Below are positions 27,126 to 39,938 of a stretch of DNA of 64,000 bases, one piece after another. The notes below the pieces were generated by a model. The model was not told the origin of the DNA. It saw nothing but the letters and a program-made list of their open reading frames with translations, and ran no database searches. Numbering within the stretch: position 1 is the stretch's first letter; every line of letters starts with the position of its first letter. Both the position numbers and the translations under genes were made by a program. The stretch comes from Eledone cirrhosa (Eukaryota), in the NCBI GenBank assembly GCA_964016885.1, contig OZ024741.1, positions 80,166,001 to 80,230,000 of the forward strand, given 5' to 3'.

Positions 27126-27326
27126 CCACAAGGCCAGTAATTTTTTGGGGGAAGAAGTCGAATAATCGACCCCAGTACGTTACTGGTACTTTATTTTATC
27201 GACCCCGTAAGGATGAAAGGCAAAGTTAACCTCAGCGGGATTTGAACTCAGACCGTAAAGGGCCGTAACTCTAAGCTGAAAAGCATTGTATCCGACGTTC
27301 TACCGATACTGCCAATCCACCGCCCT
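27126..27326 (-). mobile_element. tRNA-derived SINE
   Basis: A box TGGCAGTATCGG, B box GAGTTCAAATCC, central GCCTTTCATCCTTACGGGGTCGATAAAATAAAGTACCAG; five copies in the window. Confidence 0.85.
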
Positions 27327-27506
27327 AGCGTGTATAGAATGTATATTACTGACTTTTTCATTTCCCTTTATTTATATAAATATGTGCGCGCGTAGTTAAA
27401 TTATCATTTGGTGAAATTTGTTATAATACAAAAATACGCCGTATTTTCGTATCATGTGTGATAGTCGTCAATTCCGATGAAAATAAACCATGACGTCACC
27501 CAGAGG

Positions 27507-28393
27507 CAGTGGCGGACTGGCCTGATTGCCAGGTTGCCCAACGGCAAGTGGGCAGCAGGGGGCCCATGGTAGCATTGCTGGAGCCTACTGTAGTATTTTA
27601 GAGGACAATGCTTTGCTTTCAAAAAATATCTTTAAAAATAAGTCTAAGAGATAGAATAAAAATATTTTTAAAAGAAATAAATAACCAAAACATTTCTTCA
27701 AATAATTCCCTAGAAACCAAAATATATGATAGTTAGAATCACTGGTTGTCTAGCTTACTGTATGCATTGAACACACAAATATATCAGACTGAAGAACCGA
27801 CCACTTTTGATATCAATGAGTTATAGACATATGTAAAATCAATTAGTGGTCAGTTTTTCAGTCTAAAATCCCTAGGGAGAATGAGTCACCAAATAATTGT
27901 TGTACAAGTTGAAAACATGTATGTATGCATATATATATACACGTGTACATGGACACACATACACACACTCACAGATATATATATATTGAGAAAGTGTGAA
28001 AGACCAAAGGTCATTATTGAAAGTCTCTGGATGTGTATATTTCGCAAGGTACTTTATATTTTTTATTGGAGAAGGTAAGAACGATCACTTGCATACTCTA
28101 CTCCAAATAACAGTATTCTATACAATCACAATTATCTAAAAATTCAATTATAACATTCTGTATTAACATTTAGTATTACTGTATACCGCCAGTAATATGT
28201 ACAGTATATATATATATATATATATACACTATAATTAGTTTTTAAAATACACATTCTTTTCCGCAAAAATTTGATTGCACTGTTTTGTTTTCACTTATCT
28301 ATTTTTTATTCATTATAAAAATTAAATGATAACATGTAGGTGGATCCCCTTTATCTCTTGGCAACCAATATTTTTAGACCCAGTCTGCCATTG
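27507..28393. mobile_element. hAT-like MITE
   Basis: TIRs CAGTGGCGGACTGG / CCAGTCTGCCATTG; flanking 8-mers CCCAGAGG and CCCAACGG match at 6 of 8 (degenerate TSD). Confidence 0.55.
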
Positions 28394-28620
28394 CCCAACG
28401 GTTTAAAAAGCAAGACATCCAGCCGCAAATTCTATCGGCTCTCCTTCGATTCACGCGACACACGATGGTCACTTACGACTGCTAAAGGTAGCTGGCCATT
28501 TTCTGCCAGCCAGCCACTGTAATGCCACTATTTATTTGCAGCCTCGCATTCTCTGATACACATCTTTGTAAATAATGTTTAACTCTTGACAATACATTAA
28601 GAAAACATTGTAAAGTCAGA

Positions 28621-29051
28621 CAAAAATATAATAATTGTTTCTGCTTTTAGCACAAGGCCAGCAATTATCCCAGTATGCATTACTGGTACTTTATTTTATC
28701 GACTCAGTAAGGATGAAAGGCAAAGTTAACCTCGGCGGGGTTAACTCAGAACATAAAGGGACGTAACTATGCTGGAAAGCATGGTGTCCGACCCTCTACC
28801 GATACTGCCAATCCACGTGTATCCGTAGCCGATTCTCAAAAATATAATAATTGTTTCTGCTTTTAGCACAAGGCCAGCAATTATCCCAGTATGCATTACT
28901 GGTACTTTATTTTATCGACTCAGTAAGGATGAAAGGCAAAGTTAACCTCGGCGGGGTTAACTCAGAACATAAAGGGACGTAACTATGCTGGAAAGCATGG
29001 TGTCCGACCCTCTACCGATACTGCCAATCCACGTGTATTAGCCGATTCTCA
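28621..29051 (-). mobile_element. Two SINE copies produced by a 216-bp tandem duplication
   Basis: 28621-28836 is repeated at 28837-29051, including non-SINE flanks. Confidence 0.85.
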
Positions 29052-30103
29052 GACTTTTACAAATTACCGAGAAGATAAAATTAATATAAAGAAAGGTGTG
29101 CTCATGCATGGAGATGCTATAAAATAGTTTATAAAATAGGGTGAAATACTTTAAAGACGGAAAAAGAAGTTGCCATCGACCGCTATGAGGAATCGAACCC
29201 CTTTTCTCCCAGACCCCACTAGCACCCAGAAATACACACTGAACTAACTCTTATTGAAGCACTTAAGCCGACAATGCCATACCAAAACACACATACCATC
29301 ATTTGACAAAACAAAATTAATAGTACATGTAAACGGTACAAAAGAACTCATCTTGCACCTACCCAAGCTACACATCAGTCACATACATTTACTCCTAAAT
29401 AGATACGTATCACAACATTTTTTACGATAGCGGTATTAAAACGACAACACCCACCCTAACACGACATCACAGAAATATCAATACCTAATTGCACGCGTGA
29501 CGCCCCCCCCCCCCCTTCACCTATTCCACTATAAAATACATGAGTTAAAATCACCACCACTGACACCGTAATACCACGAAATGGGGATATTTTAAGTAAA
29601 TTAAATCTAAACTACTAACCGTAATTTAAGTACTAGCTTAGTTACTAGTAAATTATCTTGAACGAAAAAATCCACTAAATCTTACATTAATAGCACCGGC
29701 TGATTGTTCCTTGTATTTTCAGATAACTAACAAATAAATCATCACTTCGTTGACAGATATATTTAATTTTCAAATCGGTGAATTTGGACAACTCTTTGAT
29801 TAGGGTGATCTGCTGTTAGGCATGACGCCAATTCTATAGACCTGTTGTCTGAAGGCCGCGATAACCATGCCTGGAGGGACAGACACACACATACACACTA
29901 ATGTATATTTTTTCGATAAATATAATTCACCCGCTCTCCTCGATTATTCTATCTCAAGTTGACCACGAAGATACACTCGGATGCGTACATAGACGCAGAT
30001 ATCTACACATACAAACATTCCCTAACCATTAAAAAAATTAACACTTATATGAAGAGAATTTACAATTGGATAAATAATGTATGCCCTTATTTGGACAAAC
30101 CAC

Positions 30104-30290
30104 ACCAATGATGATACAGCTTATAAACCGCCAAGCCCTTCGGCAATCAGTCTGGAACTAGCTGTTGAAACGGCAAGAGCTAAGCCGTTGGGTCCTGACT
30201 CTTTATAATATAACCATGCTCTACTATCCCAAGTATCGTACTCTGTTGAGTAATGGTCTAACCAGTTTCCAACTGACTCCATCCCGATTT
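30104..30290 (+). ncRNA. Degenerate Naiad-type pseudo-LTR with HHR remnant
   Basis: aTGATGA t acagct...agctgt t GAAA cggc-aagagctaa-gccg TT gggt, followed by a tail similar to 37175-37268. Confidence 0.55.
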
Positions 30291-30314
30291 ATATATATAT
30301 ATATATGTATATAT

Positions 30315-30435
30315 AACAAAGGAATTGTGGTAAAGAACCAGATGGACCATAACGCACCAGAGTACTCAATACTTAGGGAAGTAGAGTGGGAAATAGGAAA
30401 AAGTATGACCCCGACGGGGTCATACTTTTTCCTAT
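30315..30435 (-). mobile_element. Naiad-type 3' tail with a short fold-back
   Basis: Homologous to 39939-40040. Perfect hairpin ATAGGAAAAAGTATGACCCCG-A-CGGGGTCATACTTTTTCCTAT; (TA)n on both sides. Confidence 0.75.
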
Positions 30436-30454
30436 ATATATATATATATATATA

Positions 30455-33400
30455 TTAAAATACAAACATTAATAAAATAGGTGTTCTTTTGATCAAAAAT
30501 GTTATTATACATATTTCGGACAAAATATAATGATACATGATATACCCTGAGATGTTAAATGGTTAAGATTTAATCAAGGTAGTGATTAACCTAATAGAAA
30601 ACTCAACATTTATACCCTAATAATGAGAAAATGCGAAAACGTAATAAATTCAATAGAGAATGTGTGAGTAAGAAAAACGTTGGTTAATGAAAACTACCGG
30701 AGATTACCGGTGGTTTATATAGGGACGACATTTTATTTACGGTGGTCAAACACAACAATATAGAACTAAATAGAGTAAAGAAAGTATAATAGAATTCTTT
30801 AAAATGTATGACCTTAAGTTAGAAGTAGAAAATGGTACCAAAATAGTTAATTTCCTAGACGTTACGTTTAACTTAAACACTGGCTTTTATTACACTTTTC
30901 ATAAGCCCAATGAAAACTTAAACTATGTTAGTAACCATTCCAATCACCCTAAATCTGTAAAAAAAAAAAAAAGCTATAGTAAATAGTGTGCAAAAACGAA
31001 TTAATAAAATATCAGCCAATAAAGCTATATTTGATGAAAATGCTGAATACTAAAACAAAGCGTTAAAAAGAGCAGGATATGTGAATAATATAGAATATGT
31101 AGATAATAATAATCCAAGTATTAATCTTGATAAAAATAATAACATATATAAGAGAAACTCTAATAATTATAATTCAAACACCCATACGCCAAATAAATTG
31201 AGGAAAAGAACTAGAACTAAATCAGTCATATGGTCCCCCCACCCTGCTTCGGTCGCAGTTAGAACACCAATTGCAAAATTATTCTTTAATGCTTTGGACA
31301 CCTCTTTCCCTACTCAAAATAAATACCATTCCATTTTTAATAGACACACCATTAAATTCTCGTATTCTACAACTATGAACATGGCCCAAAACATTGCCAA
31401 ATTAAACACTAAAATCCTGAAACAAAACCAGCATAATGATCTTAATAATAGAGCTAACATAAATGATAGTTAACCAAAATGTAATTGTAGAAATAAAACT
31501 GACTGCCCTCTGCAAAATAACTGTCTAGATAGTAATTTGGTTTACAAATGCACCGTAAAAACTGATCACAACACATACAACTACATAGGATCGACTTCTT
31601 CTACATTCAAAGCCAGATTTGCGAACCATAAATGCTCATTCTCGAACTCCAAGAGAAAATCATCCACTTCTTTATAACAGCTCATATGGTCATTAAAAGA
31701 GAGGAATTTAAAATACTCCATTCTTTGGACAAAACTTCGGAATTGTGGAGTTTACCGCAACTCTAGTATATCAAATAACTGCGCGCTCTGTACAATGGAG
31801 ACCCTGTTGATTATTAATAACTATGAGACCCTAATTAACAAAAAAAGTGAATTATTCTCTAGTTGCCTTCATAAAGCTACGTCTACATTTTTAGCCTCCC
31901 ACAAAACAAGAAAAAAAAAAGAGAAAGAAACACTAAACCATTAAAAACTTGGTTTTCAGACGTATATAACCAACAGGGAAAAACATTAATGGCCTTTAAT
32001 ATTGCATTATCTTATAACTATCTATAGAAGAAATAACGCTCGAATGAATGACACGTGTTCAATAACACGCTGACACGTTGATATACATAACATATATAAT
32101 AATAATTTTGATCCATACCATTATTTCTCTATCTTTATTTTCCTAATTTTTAAATTTTGGTTTAAATATCCAACCCTTATATTTTTACGCAACTTACTTT
32201 TAACTCTGAATCATTCATGTGTTTACATTTTTTTTTTTTTTTTATAATATGTATGTAATTATCTTTTGTAAGTTTTTAAATATACCTACCGTATTTTTCT
32301 AGCCATGATTCAAATATAGAGCAAATATCCAAACTATAAATTATTACGGACCTTATTTTGAACTCTGAATTATCCATGCATTTATTATTATTTTTCTTAT
32401 ATATTTTTCTTATATTTTTTTCTTATATATTTTTCTTATTATTTTTCGTATGTATTTAACTGTAACACGTTAAAATCTATTATATAAGATTATAATCGTT
32501 ATCATTTACCTAAAGTATACTGTATCGCTTATACTTAATATATATCTATATATACCTCTCTGTATCTCTCTATACATAATTTTTAGATAACTTCTAAATT
32601 TTTAGATTATTATTTATTTTGAACAGTGAATAATTCATGCATTTACACCCTTTTATATATAGGTATCTATTTAACTTTAGCATGCCTGAATATATTATTT
32701 TATATTCGTTATTATTTACCTAAAATATACTGGTTCATTAATATATCTCTATATGCATAATCGTTATTTAAATATTTCTAACAATAAGTACTTCATAAGC
32801 TTTACATACTGAAATTGTTGACATTTTTATAGGTAATCTTCGTTAAAGATTGCATTTGAGAAGGTGTTCAACAGTGTAAATTTTCCTTTCGCTGGCCAGG
32901 TAGATCCTTTAAATTTTATCCTCATAAAATTCAGAAGTTTGGAAATGTCAACACACTTATGGAATTTATAAAATTAATAAATATAAATAATCAGCAACTT
33001 TTGGAAAAGCCTAAAGTCTTGATTCTTCACCCTTAAAATAACATAAATTAAATATTTTGAAACTTAACCGTTTAGCTTTTGGGAAAAAAATCTCTTTCTG
33101 CATATATTACTCCCCTTTATCCTTCCCTCTCTTTAAATCCTCTTTAAGCAGCCCTTATGGACAGTTGTAATTCATGAGATGTTTTCATAGATAACCATAA
33201 CTTGTAGTATCCTACATTTTAAAATCTCTATAGCTGTCACATTAACCAACGTTTTTCTTACTCACACATTCTCTATTGAATTTATTACGTTTTCGCATTT
33301 TCTCATTATTAGGGTATATATGTTGAGTTTTCTCTTAGGTTAATCACTACCTTGATTAAATCTTAACCATCTCAAGGTATGTCATGTATCATTATATTTT

Positions 33401-33588
33401 GTCTGATGAAGACGTACTGTTGTACCTCCGAAATATGTATAATAAAATTTAATTGATCAAAAGAACATCTATTTTATTAATATTTGTATTTTAATATTAA
33501 TAACTCTGAAAAATTATTTTTCTGTAGAGTGCTTCCAATCTACTGTAAAACTCATTCTTTGATGTACTTATTGAATCTTGTTTAACTC

Positions 33589-33595
<7 letters not shown>
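30455..33595 (+). mobile_element. Degenerate 5'-truncated Naiad-like PLE with an inverted 5' pseudo-LTR
   Basis: GGLYRDD, VNFLDVTF, SNHP, CNCRNKTDCPLQNNC, YIGST and CALC motifs at about 30700-31940. 30455-30663 is the reverse complement of about 33265-33497. Confidence 0.85.
33396..33448 (+). ncRNA. Minimal type I hammerhead ribozyme in Naiad pseudo-LTR
   Basis: attttgt CTGATGA a gacgtac-tgtt-gtacctc c GAAA tatgta TA ataaaat. Confidence 0.75.
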
Positions 33596-33634
<39 letters not shown>

Positions 33635-33640
33635 GTTTAC

Positions 33641-33683
<43 letters not shown>

Positions 33684-33693
33684 AACCAGTAAG

Positions 33694-33787
33694 ACCCCGA
33701 CAGCTGAGCTCAAGCCGTTTCGACGGTTAATTCTGGACTAAATGAAAATTTATCCTGGTATTTAAATAGCCGATCTTCTCAAGGGGT
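33694..33787 (-). ncRNA. Type I hammerhead ribozyme, U3-A8 variant (3' pseudo-LTR)
   Basis: Reverse complement of 37081-37174 with about 2 substitutions. Confidence 0.75.
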
Positions 33788-34910
33788 AATTCCATATATG
33801 GTCAAAGTGATTGTCAAAAATCAGTAGTAATTCTGTGGTTGCAAATTAGTAGGGGAGATGGTGGCTAAACCTGCCAGTGGGAGAAAGAGGGGAGGGGGTG
33901 GAGTAGACCCAATCAAGCGTTGGTAGTGCCAGCTACAGCTGGGCATGAGGTCAAAGAAGATACAGGGGAGGGGGAGGGGGAGGAAGTCGGAACGGTAGGT
34001 AGAACAATGGGGGGTAGAAATATATATAAAAAAAAAAGAAAAAAAAAAATACTGAGAGTGAAGAAAAGCAAATAAGTGTAAAGAAAAAAGTAAAGTAAAT
34101 TAAATTCTACGACCTAGGTCTCAGGCTATTGTTAGGCTAGAATAAAATAAAGAAAGAAAGAAAGAAGTAAATAAATAAAGAAAGAAAGAAAAAACGAAAT
34201 AAGTAAAAGAACTAGGTGGGACGAAATAGGCAAGGACCCTTTTAAGAGGTATAAGTACGTAAATCATACGGTGACGGGTCAACAAAAGGGGCCAAAATAC
34301 TAAAGAGACTACCACGAAATAAACAATAAAGGTTTCCATCCCGGGCCAGCAACGACCCAGTGCAGCAAAGTGAACTTGTACGAGATAATAATTCTGAGTC
34401 CCGAGAAAAATATATACTAATGCTAACTCTAAAAGATCTAAAACAAGCTACATGAAAGTTCGTACGAAATAAAGGTAGAATACGGAGAAATAAATTCAGA
34501 ATCCACCCCGCCCAGAAGAAAAGCGAAGCAAGAAATACTGAAACGAAAAAATAAGGCATAAGTGCCACTAAGAAATATAGAGGGCACAGAGAATAGTGGG
34601 AGCGGTCGGAAAAAGGGGGCAAGTATCCGGGGTCTAAGCCAACTGCTATAAAGGGCGGAGTCCGCCAAATCTATCATAGACTAGGGGAGGGGTGGTGGGG
34701 GTACTAAGGCTACATGGGGCCAAAGGGCAGCCTCGGGTGGGCGAGAAAAGACGCCGACAAAGGAGAAGAGCTGGGGTAGAAGGACTAAGGAGAGAGGGGG
34801 GAAGGAAATAAAGGAAGCGATAAAAGAATACAAAGAAGATCTTACGTCTTCCTTGGCAAGCAGGGGTTACCCATTGCAAAATCGGCAAGTGGGGTGTTAT
34901 AGCCCTAGTC

Positions 34911-36731
34911 TTACCCCCCCCCCGGGTCATTATGGGGTTTGAGGGCGAGGTAAGTCCTACGCAATCTATGTTTACATGCAGTAACCAGTTCATCTTTCTT
35001 GCTTAGGAGTTGGTCCGTCGAAAACAGCATTTGTAAAGTTTCCTCCGAGCATAAATTGCACGGACGGCGTCCTCCCGTGTAAGAATTGGCTCTGGACAGT
35101 AATCTCCAAGTGAGATCATAGGTGATGTTGTTGTCCTTGAGGTCCCATATGTGGCCCGAAAGTGTAGTGGCGTGACGCCGGGCCGGGTTTCGGAAGGTAT
35201 GTCTATGTTGGTATAGCCGGGTCTTGAAGTCACATGCGGTAAGTCCTATATAGGCTTTGTTGGAGGTATCCGTCCTCACGTTGCACTGGTAGATCACATT
35301 ACGGTCTCTGCATCTATTGTCGAGTGGGCAAATAGATCTATCCGGGCAGTTACACCTCCTGGTCGGTTCTCCACTGCTATTTAGGTTATTTCTGCCATCG
35401 GGGTTGAGTTTTTTGTTGTTAGAGGAGACGATGTTTTGTGCGAAGTTTGGTGTAGTGCTGTAAGAGAGTTTGATGGTATTTTTGTTAATTATGTTGTGGT
35501 AGCGGTGTTGTAATGGGAAGTGTTTTTCAATGAGCCTAAAGAATAGTTTCCCGATGGGAGTTGTCACCTCTGCGTTGTGGGGAGGATTGAACCATGTTAC
35601 ATTGCGTGAGCGGCGGTGTCTCCTGCTGGTTCCGCTAATGGGAGCTGGACAGTAGGATATTTCCTCCCGGAAACCACTCCGCTTGAGGGCCTGGTTGTAA
35701 TAAGGCGCATGTTCATCGAATATCCGCTCATTAGCTGACAAACGGGATATGCGGAGGGAGATGTTTTTGACCAGGTTGTTTGTGATGTTCCTAGGATGGT
35801 TTGATCGGCGGTGGATGTAGTGCAGATTGTCATTAGGTTTCCTGTATGGGTAGTACAGGTCGTTTTCGAGGTCGAGGGTCACGTCCAGGAAGTTTACTCG
35901 GGTCAGGGACGTTTGTAGGGTTATTTTAAATCCCCAGTCGCGGAAGAATCTGATTAATTGTTTCCGGACCCGATCTGTACTACTGGGGTTGTACCCTTTA
36001 AGGGTAAGGAGCCCATCATCACGGTACAATCCACCACCGAATGCAGGAAACATATCAGTGAGTTTGGCTATTAGGAATAATCCTATAAGATCTGTGACCT
36101 CCGCCGAATCCGTGGCGCCCATGCTGACGTCGAAGGGTGAGTCGGGAGTTCTTTTTATCCATTTAGAGTCGTCAAAGAGTAAGACTGTCTTCCTGGCGTG
36201 GAGGATGATTTTTCTTTCCTGGTCGGTGATGGGCACAAGTGTTTCGGCGAAGTCCAAGGCGGCAGTAAGTAGCGGTAAGGTGATTGAAGCATAGTAGCTC
36301 TCTATGTCGAACTGTATGAATTTAGTTTCTCGTTTATCCTCCATATTGCTGAACCAGGAGATTACTTCCTGGGTGTTGATCCATAGGCTAAGTCGGGTGT
36401 GTTGCTTGACTTTTGGTATCACGCGGTCTAGGATTTTTTTGCTGATTCTCCCTATGTCGGACTTCGTTGGGTTAATAAGCCTGATAGAGGGTTTACGGTC
36501 AAAATCGGATTTATGGTCCTTCAGTGTGAAGTATGGTGTCCGTGGGTCTAGAGGTTCCGTGCGGTCGGCGACCCCGAGGCTGGAGGTGATTTGTTGTCCA
36601 TCTCGATTTATGTCCTCGATGCAAGAGTGGTTGGCCTTTTTATAGGTGGAGTTTAGGCTGCTCCTGATCAGTGTGTGGTATCTGTCAGGGTTGACAAAGT
36701 ATAGGTTCCCAGTTTTATCCGAATGCACCAT
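34911..36731 (-). CDS. PLE reverse transcriptase-GIY-YIG polyprotein (5'-truncated, uninterrupted)
   Basis: IRLINPTKSDIG, FDIESYYASI, FDVSMGA, GLYRDDGL, NFLDVT, SNHP, WFNPP, CNC-x4-CPL-x3-C, VIYQC...YIGLT..FKTR..QH and CNLC..E motifs. Confidence 0.9.
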   Translation of the reverse strand: MVHSDKTGNLYFVNPDRYHTLIRSSLNSTYKKANHSCIEDINRDGQQITSSLGVADRTEPLDPRTPYFTLKDHKSDFDRKPSIRLINPTKSDIGRISKKILDRVIPKVKQHTRLSLWINTQEVISWFSNMEDKRETKFIQFDIESYYASITLPLLTAALDFAETLVPITDQERKIILHARKTVLLFDDSKWIKRTPDSPFDVSMGATDSAEVTDLIGLFLIAKLTDMFPAFGGGLYRDDGLLTLKGYNPSSTDRVRKQLIRFFRDWGFKITLQTSLTRVNFLDVTLDLENDLYYPYRKPNDNLHYIHRRSNHPRNITNNLVKNISLRISRLSANERIFDEHAPYYNQALKRSGFREEISYCPAPISGTSRRHRRSRNVTWFNPPHNAEVTTPIGKLFFRLIEKHFPLQHRYHNIINKNTIKLSYSTTPNFAQNIVSSNNKKLNPDGRNNLNSSGEPTRRCNCPDRSICPLDNRCRDRNVIYQCNVRTDTSNKAYIGLTACDFKTRLYQHRHTFRNPARRHATTLSGHIWDLKDNNITYDLTWRLLSRANSYTGGRRPCNLCSEETLQMLFSTDQLLSKKDELVTACKHRLRRTYLALKPHNDPGGG

Positions 36732-37080
36732 GATGTCAATTGTGTTATCATACTCTGTTAAGTTGCTACGGAGTTTTTGTAGGAATCGGTTGTGTCTGGG
36801 TTTAAATATGGGTTTTTTTGGGGGGTTTTTTTTTTCTTTCCTATATATTTCTACCCCCCATTGTTCTACCTACCGTTCCGTCTTCCTCCCCCTCCCCCTC
36901 CCCTGTATCTTCTTTGACCTCATGCCCAGCTGTAGCTGGCACTACCAACGCTTGATTGGGTCTACTCCACCCCCTCCCCTCTTTCTCCTACTGGCAGGTT
37001 TAGCCACCATCTCCCCTACTAATTTGCAACCACAGAATTACTACTGATTTTTGACAATCACTTTGACCATATATGGAATT

Positions 37081-37174
37081 ACCCCTTGAGAAGATCGGCT
37101 ATTTAAATACCAGGATAAATTTTCATTTAGTCCAGAATTAGCCGTCGAAACGGCCTGAGCTCAGCTGTCGGGGT
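37081..37174 (+). ncRNA. Type I hammerhead ribozyme, U3-A8 variant (inverted pseudo-LTR)
   Basis: acccc TTGAGAA gatcggcta-(37 nt)-tagccgtc GAAA cggc-ctgagctca-gctg TC ggggt. All three stems pair; GUC site after 37169. Confidence 0.8.
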
Positions 37175-37265
37175 CTTACTGGTTCCTATTACCCACTCTA
37201 CTACCTCAAGTATTGAGTACTTTGGTGCGTTATGGTCCACCTGGTTCCTTACCACATTTCCTTCG

Positions 37266-37303
<38 letters not shown>

Positions 37304-37646
37304 GTGTTTTGCAACGGGTCACTTTGTGGCTCAATGAAAAGTTAATAAATTAAATAATCAGAGCTATATATCATAAAACATGTCTATAGAATCACCAGAT
37401 AAAATATATACCATTTCCTCTCCCGGTTAGCATAATTAATCATATAAAAAAATCGATTAGACCAAGCTATAAGAATAAAGGCTTCTATGAAGAAATCTCC
37501 GACAAATAACCGAAATCAGCCCTTCGCGCCGGCTGCGACGGAATATTTATCGAGTATTTCGACAGCGAGTATGAATCGCCCAGATATACAGTCAATTAAA
37601 CAGAATTAGGTGTAAAATAAACTAGGAGAAAAGTGAACATATTTTG

Positions 37647-37728
37647 TAACCTCGACCATGGTTTTGTCCGCATTTTAAGATATCCGATAGCTTCGGACAC
37701 ATAGAGCACCGGACTCTTCAGGAAGTTA
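37647..37728 (-). ncRNA. Hammerhead-like motif with G12A core (left arm)
   Basis: Reverse complement of 38413-38494. Confidence 0.7.
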
Positions 37729-37927
37729 GCTCAAATTTAGACAATAAATTTTCCAAAGTGATCGCGCCAAGAATACATTCAAAAATGGGTAAGAATCGTG
37801 ACGTAGCAGCGGTCGGGTTAGAAGGAATGTGATTAGTTGCTTACGGCTGGTGGCTTTTTGCTAGAAAGCGCAGCACAATACAGCCAAAATTGTATCTCAA
37901 CCTAACGGGAGATTATTACATATAAAG

Positions 37928-37979
<52 letters not shown>

Positions 37980-38165
37980 GTGTTTTGCAACGGGTCACTT
38001 TGTGGCTCAATGAAAAGTTAATAAATTAAATAATCAGAGCTATATATCATAAAACATGTCTCTAGAATCACCAGATAAAATATATACCATTTTTATGATA
38101 TATAGCTCTGATTATTTAATTTATTAACTTTTCATTGAGCCACAAAGTGACCCGTTGCAAAACAC

Positions 38166-38213
<48 letters not shown>

Positions 38214-38412
38214 CTTTATATGTAATAATCTCCCGTTAGGTTGAGATACAATTTTGGCTGTATTGTGCTGCGCTTTCTAGCAAAAAGCCACCAGCCGTAA
38301 GCAACTAATCACATTCCTTCTAACCTGACCACTGCTACGTCACGATTCTTAGCCATTTTTTAATGTATTCTTGGCGCGAACACTTTGGAAAATTTATTGT
38401 CTAAATTTGAGC

Positions 38413-38494
38413 TAACTTCCTGAAGAGTCCGGTGCTCTAGGTGTCCGAAGCTATCGGATATCTTAAAATGCGGACAAAACCATGGTCGAGGTTA
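38413..38494 (+). ncRNA. Hammerhead-like motif with G12A core and long stem II (right arm)
   Basis: taacttc CTGAAGA gtccg...aggtgtccga-agcta-tcggatatct...cggac AAAA ccatgg TC gaggtta. Confidence 0.7.
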
Positions 38495-38770
38495 CAAAAT
38501 ATGTTCACTTTTCTCCTAGTTTATTTTACACCTAATTCTGTTTAATTGACTGTATATCTGGGCGATTCATACACGCTGTCGAAATACTCGATAAATATTC
38601 CGTCGCAGCCGGCGCGAAGGGCTGATTTCGGTTATTTGTCGGAGATTTCTTCATAGAAGCCTTTATTCTTATAGCTTGGTCTAATCGATTTTTTATATGG
38701 TTAATTATGCTAATTGGGAGAGGAAATGGTATATATTTTATCTGGTGATTCTATAGACATGTTTTATGAT

Positions 38771-39938
<1,168 letters not shown>

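Larger units (their letters stand above)
33682..37268 (-). mobile_element. Naiad-like PLE, 5'-truncated, with an inverted 5' pseudo-LTR
   Basis: 606-aa RT plus GIY-YIG ORF. About 36825-37188 is the reverse complement of 33682-34045. Both ends lie in (TA)n. Confidence 0.9.
37302..38770. mobile_element. Non-coding ~676-bp HHR-containing repeat as a giant head-to-head palindrome
   Basis: The unit restarts at 37978 (period 676 including an internal (TA)n). 38091-38770 is the reverse complement. There is no long ORF. Confidence 0.85.

Noticed and set aside
26712-27129. Short minus-strand ORFs as a host gene
   Set aside because: No recognisable motifs, and no consistent frame or splice signals.
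27126-27326. tRNA gene
   Set aside because: A and B boxes belong to a multi-copy SINE head; there is no complete cloverleaf.
30700-36731. Selenocysteine recoding in the Naiad-like ORFs
   Set aside because: No in-frame TGA at cysteine positions was seen. The long ORF has none, and the stops I noted in the degenerate copy are TAA.
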